From IMG/VR virus record IMGVR_UViG_3300018933_000001, positions 32,001 to 96,000 of that record: a DNA stretch of 64,000 nucleotides. One strand, written 5' to 3'. Made by a program: the position numbers and the translations under genes. Source of the stretch: a virus. Shown one piece after another: positions 62,611-64,000 of this stretch; within the stretch, counting starts at the first letter, position 1, and every line of letters begins with the position of its first letter. The notes beneath the pieces are model-generated. The model was given only the letters and a program-made list of their open reading frames with translations. It was not told the origin of the DNA and did no database searches.

Positions 62611-63237
62611 ATGCTAAAAAAATACTGTGATATTAACTATCGCGGACATTTATTAGAGATTGAAGAAAATGAGTATGTACCAGGAAAATTTAATTATAAA
62701 GGTAGTTCCAGAGATAAAATTTTATTTCTAGTTTATCCATATACATTAGAACAAGTTATCAATAGGTTTAGAAGCGCAGTAGATGATATCTTAGGAGAAA
62801 GAATTAGAGAAGGAGATAGTCAATTAGTTCTTACTCTTATCTATAAAAAGTATGAATTGGAGATTTATCAAAGTAATGCACAAAGAACTTATTCAGCTTT
62901 TTTACAAAGTTTAGATTTTGCTACTTGGAGTAATTTAGGTTATGTTTCTATAATTAAAGCTTTTATACAAAGAGTTGAGGATAGATTAAATGGTTTAGAT
63001 GATGCTCCTATTCAGACTATTTATAATTATAAACAGCATCAATTAGTAATTAGAAAACAAGGACTACTATATACTGGTATCTCTTGTGTTCATGGAGAAT
63101 CTTGGAGACATCAAAGTCATGATTGGGATTTTTTAATCAGATGGTTTAAGTCAGATATTGGTGAATTCTCAGATGAGGAGGAAGAGCCACAATTAGTTGA
63201 AATGGCTGAGAATTTAGGACTTTACGAATATTTTTAG
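62611..63237 (+). CDS. Triple HicB-like domain protein
   Basis: INYRGHLLEI...FRSAVDD; IYKKYELEI...FIQRVED; NYKQHQLVI...FKSDI. Confidence 0.55.
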   Translation: MLKKYCDINYRGHLLEIEENEYVPGKFNYKGSSRDKILFLVYPYTLEQVINRFRSAVDDILGERIREGDSQLVLTLIYKKYELEIYQSNAQRTYSAFLQSLDFATWSNLGYVSIIKAFIQRVEDRLNGLDDAPIQTIYNYKQHQLVIRKQGLLYTGISCVHGESWRHQSHDWDFLIRWFKSDIGEFSDEEEEPQLVEMAENLGLYEYF

Positions 63238-63246
63238 GAGAAGTTA

Positions 63247-63780
63247 ATGAGTAAGTATCAGCACTATAAAAAAGAATTAGAAGATGCCGTTGAATTTATA
63301 AATGATATAGGATGTTATGGCTGGTTAGGTGATGGAGCAAAAAGTTTAGAGAAAATAGCTAAAGAAATGCTATCTACTATTCGAGAGCTAGAACCAGTAG
63401 AGATTGACCCAGAGTTCTTTGATTGGCAAAGTAGAAAGTTTACTCTATATCCTTTAAGCACTAGCATTAGAGAAGTGTATAAAGAGAAATCTGACGGTAC
63501 AAGAGTTCAAGTAGGGTTATTTTATAATAATGAAAATTTAGCTCTTTACAAACCTAGTAAGTTAAGAAGTCCTACAGGTAATCCTAGTTACATTGAAGGA
63601 TTAAATTGGTCTACTTATTGGTTTTATTTAGATGAGACTAATAAGAAAGTAAAATTTACACCTTCTAATAGAATCCATGAGATATTTGAAGACCCTTGGA
63701 GTACCTATGAGTTTAATGCTTTAGGTTATAAGACTCCTAACGGTACTATTGTTCACTATGATTCTTATATTGAGGAATGA
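63247..63780 (+). CDS. Shuffled-module family protein
   Basis: IAKEMLSTIRELE helix; VQVGLF...LGYKTPNGTIVHYD. Confidence 0.6.
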   Translation: MSKYQHYKKELEDAVEFINDIGCYGWLGDGAKSLEKIAKEMLSTIRELEPVEIDPEFFDWQSRKFTLYPLSTSIREVYKEKSDGTRVQVGLFYNNENLALYKPSKLRSPTGNPSYIEGLNWSTYWFYLDETNKKVKFTPSNRIHEIFEDPWSTYEFNALGYKTPNGTIVHYDSYIEE

Positions 63781-63783
63781 GAA

Positions 63784-64000
63784 ATGAAAATAAGTGCTGA
63801 GTATGAAGGCTTCACTCTAAATATCGAGGAATATTCTGATAAAGAAGGTGGAATTTACTGGAAAGCTACTTGTAACGAATTAAATAGTTATACCTTTTGT
63901 TTTTATCCTAGGCTTTATAGGAGTTTAGATGGTGGCATTTCTACATTCAAACGAGAAGTAGTTTTAGCTAAGAAACAGTTAGAGGAACAACACCAAATAT
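63784..64000 (+). CDS. HicB-like domain protein, 3'-partial
   Basis: MKISAEYEGFTLNIEE...WKATC...ISTFKREV, open to the window end. Confidence 0.5.
   Translation, partial: MKISAEYEGFTLNIEEYSDKEGGIYWKATCNELNSYTFCFYPRLYRSLDGGISTFKREVVLAKKQLEEQHQI

Noticed and set aside
1-64000. CRISPR array or cas genes
   Set aside because: No regularly spaced direct repeats seen; the PD-(D/E)XK gene at 34406 is a typical replication-cluster exonuclease without the Cas4 cysteine set.

Overview
AT-rich, densely coded and almost entirely + strand. The window looks like the early, accessory and replication arm of a large lytic dsDNA phage, probably infecting a freshwater or filamentous cyanobacterium; the host is inferred from the resemblance of several small ORF families. 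No virion, lysis or integrase genes are recognisable. Core genes: family-A DNA polymerase, Zn-finger/TOPRIM primase, RepA-like AAA helicase, Sak3/DUF1071 annealing protein, SSB-like protein, PD-(D/E)XK exonuclease, RuvC, dNMP kinase, dUTPase, AlkB, RNA ligase, PduO-like cobalamin adenosyltransferase and a tRNA-Lys(UUU). A class II ribonucleotide reductase is split by a group I intron (46000-47154) that carries a frameshifted endonuclease ORF. The strongest unexplained signal is at 410-2749. Five consecutive intergenic gaps each hold a sequence-divergent, structure-conserved mini-tRNA (acceptor stem plus T-arm, no true anticodon arm), starting 7-12 nt after the upstream stop codon. One of them is interrupted by a 25-nt element flanked by ATT duplications, which recurs identically in a hairpin loop at 48426. 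Other signals: a dispersed hairpin family with a conserved 11-nt loop; a reverse-strand SF2 helicase flanked by inverted 63-bp bipartite sites; many orphan antitoxin, immunity or sponge-like genes (about a dozen HicB-like domain proteins, MqsA-like Zn finger, DarG-like macrodomain, SUKH, colicin-D-type immunity, Acb2/Tad1-like); and a cluster of tiny membrane peptides. All family assignments come from motif recognition by eye, not from database searches.
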